A stretch of DNA of 64,000 nt. Source: Dudresnaya verticillata (Eukaryota). The notes under the pieces were generated by a model. It saw nothing but the letters and a program-made list of their open reading frames with translations, was not told the DNA's origin and searched no databases. Positions 60,081-64,000 of the stretch are shown piece after piece (position 1 is the first letter of the stretch; every line of letters begins with the position of its first letter). A program made the position numbers and the translations under genes. Location of the stretch: assembly GCA_977862235.1 (NCBI GenBank), contig OZ374563.1, positions 124,001 to 188,000 on the forward strand. Reading direction: 5' to 3'.

Positions 60081-60234
60081 TTCCTGGCATTCCAGCAGGG
60101 ACAATTTTCTTGTCATACGGATTGCCAGCAGTACAACCGAGTGGCAGCACTGCAGCTGCCGTAATTCGACTGAGAGGTCTGTATCCTCCCCTTAACAATG
60201 TTATGGTTCCTTTCCGGAAGAGCTGCGGAGAGCA

Positions 60235-61965
60235 ATGACTCATGCCGCAACGCGTTCGCGCCGCGTCACATCGGTGGTTCGCGATCAGGAACACAACAAT
60301 TCCGCTACTATTACTGAATCGGCACCGATGAGGCGCGCCGCAACAGCTACGCGTCGGTCAAGTGCTCCCATGCGTGGTCAGGAGACCCCGGAACGCGCAG
60401 GTGAGTCTAGTGCGCCCATGCGAAATCAGGAGAACCCGGAACGTGCAGGTGAGTCTGCGCCCGGCGGCAGAGCGGAGCACACCGGAGCAGAACGCCCACA
60501 TCGCAGCTGTAGAAGTGGAAAGCGCACTTCTCCTGTCCCAGAACCGAACCAATACATCGAGTTATACTGGTTGCTGGATTCACCAGGATCTCGTGGTAGT
60601 CCAAGCAGCGAAACCAACCCGTCATGGAAGCCGGCGAAGAAAAGTACGACTGGAAAGCCTTCTCTAACCCTTCCTGGTGTGTACTGGCCTGCGCTGGTGA
60701 AAGAGGGCTCATTTCCAAACTCACTGTGTCTTCAGTACACTAAATCGCCGAATTCATGCTCCCCAAGTCATCTAGAAGACTTCGATTATAAGGACGTATT
60801 CTTCTATGGAGACTACATGCTGAGACATGGCTCAGGTCGTCACGCTGCAATGGTTGCGCCTTGGCGGTTCTGTCAATGGGGAGAAGATACCGGCTCTTCC
60901 GCGCTTCCTGTCGAGGATGATTCCCTCTTGACTGAAGTGTTGCAAGGTACAATCGCGTCCGTCTCGCAAAGGGTTATTCGAAACGAGTCAGAAATCGCTG
61001 CTTTGGGACAAGTCGTGGGAGGGCTTGGAATTATTCTCGGCAATCAGGAAGGAACGAGACTGCGCTCGCAGATATTGTCACGTGTCAAGATGGTGACAGG
61101 AAGTTTTCTTGTAGCTGAATTGAAGATAGGTGACGCAAAAGAACGCCGTCGCAAGAAAATGTCCTTAGTAAGGCTGCCAGATCTCGTGCAGGAAACGGCT
61201 GTTGTATCTTCTATCGTGAAGAGCAAAGCATTTGCATGCTCTTTAGAAGATCTGCTGAACTGGACATCGCATCTCCAAATTGCTTTCCAGGATCGCCTCA
61301 CCGTTCGCCCTGCGTTGTTCCATTCGATCTTCCTGAACATGCGAGTGCGGTCGAAGGTTGAAATCATCTTTTCAAGCTTTGCTGATTTATGCAAGGCGTT
61401 GGACCTGGATACACATCTGTACAAGGAGCTCCTGGTCCAAGAAGGATGGATAGGGCTGAAGTCCAGGCGAAAAGTGACCCAAACTATTGGCAGTTACGGT
61501 TCGAGTGGTGTAGATTCTGACGTCTCGTCGCAAGGCGCTCAGAAAAGTGAGGCCGTGATTCTTCCTGGATATGGTACCAAAATGGTACGTGAAGTACAAA
61601 ACCGCCCGCTACCTGTCCTACACCGCCCGCCTTCTTCCTGGTTTGGCGCGTTCAGTCCTTCGACTATGAGTCCTCAATCCATTGAACGCGTCCTGTGCAA
61701 TACGAATCAAGGCAGTGACGTTCTTGACAACAACTCTTTTTCGGAAGCTGAAGAGAAACTCTCGCAGTCAAGTTCGTACGAATTCAAGCTGGAGTGGAAG
61801 AAAGTACCTGATCAGGTACACAGTACAGCCTGTTGTCTGCAGGGGAGCAGAGATATACTCGGGCTCATTCGCTGCGTTGTCCCGGTATGCCGTGTTATGG
61901 CACCTGCCGTTGGAAGAATGGTGCAGTGCCAGCTACCGAGTGATCTGGACGCTCTTCTCCCCTGA
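60235..61965 (+). CDS. 576-aa CACTA-associated protein (accessory/ORF1-like), possible Tudor/Agenet-like N-terminal domain
   Basis: Intact long ORF inside the element, with motif YIELYW...VYWPALV...LCLQY and a central coiled-coil-like stretch. Confidence 0.6.
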   Translation: MTHAATRSRRVTSVVRDQEHNNSATITESAPMRRAATATRRSSAPMRGQETPERAGESSAPMRNQENPERAGESAPGGRAEHTGAERPHRSCRSGKRTSPVPEPNQYIELYWLLDSPGSRGSPSSETNPSWKPAKKSTTGKPSLTLPGVYWPALVKEGSFPNSLCLQYTKSPNSCSPSHLEDFDYKDVFFYGDYMLRHGSGRHAAMVAPWRFCQWGEDTGSSALPVEDDSLLTEVLQGTIASVSQRVIRNESEIAALGQVVGGLGIILGNQEGTRLRSQILSRVKMVTGSFLVAELKIGDAKERRRKKMSLVRLPDLVQETAVVSSIVKSKAFACSLEDLLNWTSHLQIAFQDRLTVRPALFHSIFLNMRVRSKVEIIFSSFADLCKALDLDTHLYKELLVQEGWIGLKSRRKVTQTIGSYGSSGVDSDVSSQGAQKSEAVILPGYGTKMVREVQNRPLPVLHRPPSSWFGAFSPSTMSPQSIERVLCNTNQGSDVLDNNSFSEAEEKLSQSSSYEFKLEWKKVPDQVHSTACCLQGSRDILGLIRCVVPVCRVMAPAVGRMVQCQLPSDLDALLP

Positions 61966-62932
61966 GTTGTTTCACCAAGTCATGATGATCCCGCTTTATA
62001 TATTGGTTGCAGTGGAAAGGATAGGACGAGGTGACTTGGAAGGTTTTTCCTTTCGCGTTCAGTCCTGGACAGGAAGTATGCTTCCTGCGGTAGACAGGAA
62101 GTATGCTTCCTCTCTACGAGATACAGTGGAACAATACATTTTCCTCCGCGATTGTCACAATAAAATAGCTCATTTGTGTTGACTTGGTTATACCCGCGCA
62201 GATATCCGTTGCTAGTGAATTGTTAACACACTACAACAATTGCGGAAGTTGGTATGGTAGCAACCGGAGTTCTCGTGCTATGTTTTCAGCTTTCGTCGGA
62301 CTTCGCATACCTTGCAGTTCATCCCTTTGCGAGGGATCCGATATAGCTGCAGGATTAGACCAGAGGATGAGAAAGTGGTATGTGCAGAAGATGAGGAGGA
62401 TGTCTGATGGCCTCGAAGATATTGTGTACGTAATATGAGTTGATATCCATGGACAGTGGAAACCAAAACCAATATTGAAATAAGATCATATCCGAGCTGC
62501 ATGTGGGCATGAATGCAATATTTTCCAACCGGGTAGGAGATCTGAGGTTGATCTTTCTTGACAAACTCTGCCGCGGCACGTCGCGACTTTATTACCAGCT
62601 CCTCGGATTTCTTTGTCAAGTGGACAACGTTTTACTAGGCTCGCCATGCCCAGGAGGGTTCCTGGTCTTCCAAAGCGCGCTGGTGTTGTAAAGGGGATGA
62701 AGTAGAAGTGGAGACGTTACCGACGTGGAGTGGAAGATGAAATTTTGCTAGGAGTGTCATCTTCACGAGAACAGGATACTGCTGAGAATGGCCGTCATCA
62801 GACATCCCAATTGTTTCCTGGGGGAGATATGAGCACACCTATTCCTCATAGAACCGATAATGCAGTTGCAGGGCTGCTTTTCATGGATGATGAGGGGCCA
62901 TTTCTCCACGGTACTCATGAGCTGCAGCTGGA

Positions 62933-63931
62933 ATGTTCATATGTCCTGTAAGTACCACAGGTGCTTTTGGGGATCGACCAGGAGCTCTGGATACATTAAG
63001 TCAAGAACAGGAGCCCCATTTCAGAGATCCCTTACGACAAGACGATGAGGGCCAGCAGCAGACGATAGATCGGCAAAATAGACCTCTTGTCGTGGAATAC
63101 GATGCACACAATGAGGAAGAAATAGATGGGTTTGTCATGGAAACCACAGCGCCGCCGCAGCGATGCAGAGGGGAACCGGAAGGAGGGATAGAAGAGCGGG
63201 ATGAGGAGGAAGCCATTCGTGAGGGAATACCGCAATCCGGGGCCCCAGGGTTGACTCAGGATCTCATCGAACATCCAGAAAGTATGAACACAGGTCAAAA
63301 TGACGATCGAAAGGAAGGGGGTATCGACAGTTGGCAAAAGCTCGTCCCAGTATTGTTGGTGAACGGTAGTGTCAAGTACACGAAGCTTCAGTTTGTGGTT
63401 TTTTCATCTCTGTGCAACTTCTTCAATGGGAATAGTGTATCATCATGGAGGAGATTAATCTTACCCTCGTCAGGAGACAGTCATGTGGAGGCATCAGGGC
63501 AGCGGTTTTACCCGTTCAGGAACGAACGTTCAGGAAGGTTTTCGAGTTTGAACCAGGAAGGGAAAGATTTAAAAGTCTTTCCGTGCTCTCGCACTGTGAA
63601 AGACGTACATGCCACATATCTAAGGAACAATCTCACCTGTAGGGGAATCATCGAGAGACACAAGATCAGGCACAGTGCTCCTGTTGTATCTTCGCGTTGC
63701 CTTAGGGGTGGAGATTTCGGATATGCAAGTCTCAGAATTGTCGTTGTGAGCGAGTATGCCAGAATGGATCTATCCTGCGGTCCAGTTTATAGAGCTATGC
63801 TGTCGACGAGCTCGGAAAGGTGCAGAGCCAATTCACACAACAGCTATGCTCCCGGTAGGGCTGGCAGTGCGGACTGCAGCCATGGACACACTGAAAACTT
63901 CCCTGGTGTGAGGCCGTGGGATTTTTATTGA
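62933..63931 (+). CDS. Fragment of a large ORF, possibly the N-terminal region of the CACTA transposase
   Basis: 332-aa ORF inside the element, preceded by broken frames at about 62000-62930. No DDE motif is visible in the window. Confidence 0.35.
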   Translation: MFICPVSTTGAFGDRPGALDTLSQEQEPHFRDPLRQDDEGQQQTIDRQNRPLVVEYDAHNEEEIDGFVMETTAPPQRCRGEPEGGIEERDEEEAIREGIPQSGAPGLTQDLIEHPESMNTGQNDDRKEGGIDSWQKLVPVLLVNGSVKYTKLQFVVFSSLCNFFNGNSVSSWRRLILPSSGDSHVEASGQRFYPFRNERSGRFSSLNQEGKDLKVFPCSRTVKDVHATYLRNNLTCRGIIERHKIRHSAPVVSSRCLRGGDFGYASLRIVVVSEYARMDLSCGPVYRAMLSTSSERCRANSHNSYAPGRAGSADCSHGHTENFPGVRPWDFY

Positions 63932-64000
63932 TTACTGGCCCCTTGTTGCTGCCCGCAAATATTTCTACGGAGGTCCCAGAACCGTGTGTCTGGATTGGGA

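Larger units (their letters stand above)
59026..64000 (+). mobile_element. CACTA/EnSpm DNA transposon, left part (runs off window)
   Basis: Starts CACTACGGGGAAAAG, immediately followed by a 1-kb array of direct and inverted subterminal repeats, then large + strand ORFs. Confidence 0.75.

Overview
Eukaryotic, transposon-dense window. The gene and TE style suggests a red alga, but that is inference. It contains one apparently intact host-type gene. (1) A minus-strand Ty1/Copia element spans 15026-34875 (448-bp LTRs, TSD ACAGT, half-tRNAiMet-type PBS). Nested in it are two related Gypsy solo LTRs, and one of these carries a full-length 12.8-kb chromodomain Gypsy element A (15821-28595, TSD GTGTA). 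(2) Bases 1-3387 are a near-identical direct copy of 32863-36249. (3) An inverted duplication (about 5.3-8.1 kb vs 10.4-15.0 kb) carries two paralogues of a secreted Cys-rich/Ser-Pro protein whose C-terminal domains are strongly diverged. (4) A rearranged cluster of Gypsy remnants (families B and C) lies at 38.4-54.8 kb, with B inserted into a P-loop GTPase pseudogene. (5) A CACTA/EnSpm element starts at 59026 with a 1-kb subterminal repeat array. The most striking observation is that Gypsy families A, B and C, which have unrelated LTRs, each carry a long antisense ORF between the chromodomain-integrase and the 3' LTR. A fourth, orphan copy (D) is also present. All four share a conserved domain I cannot name ([LG][PG]CD[VI]x[YW][VL]...WW/WY...P.....[RA]Y[FL]...E[YW]). 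This looks like an uncharacterised retrotransposon accessory-gene family.
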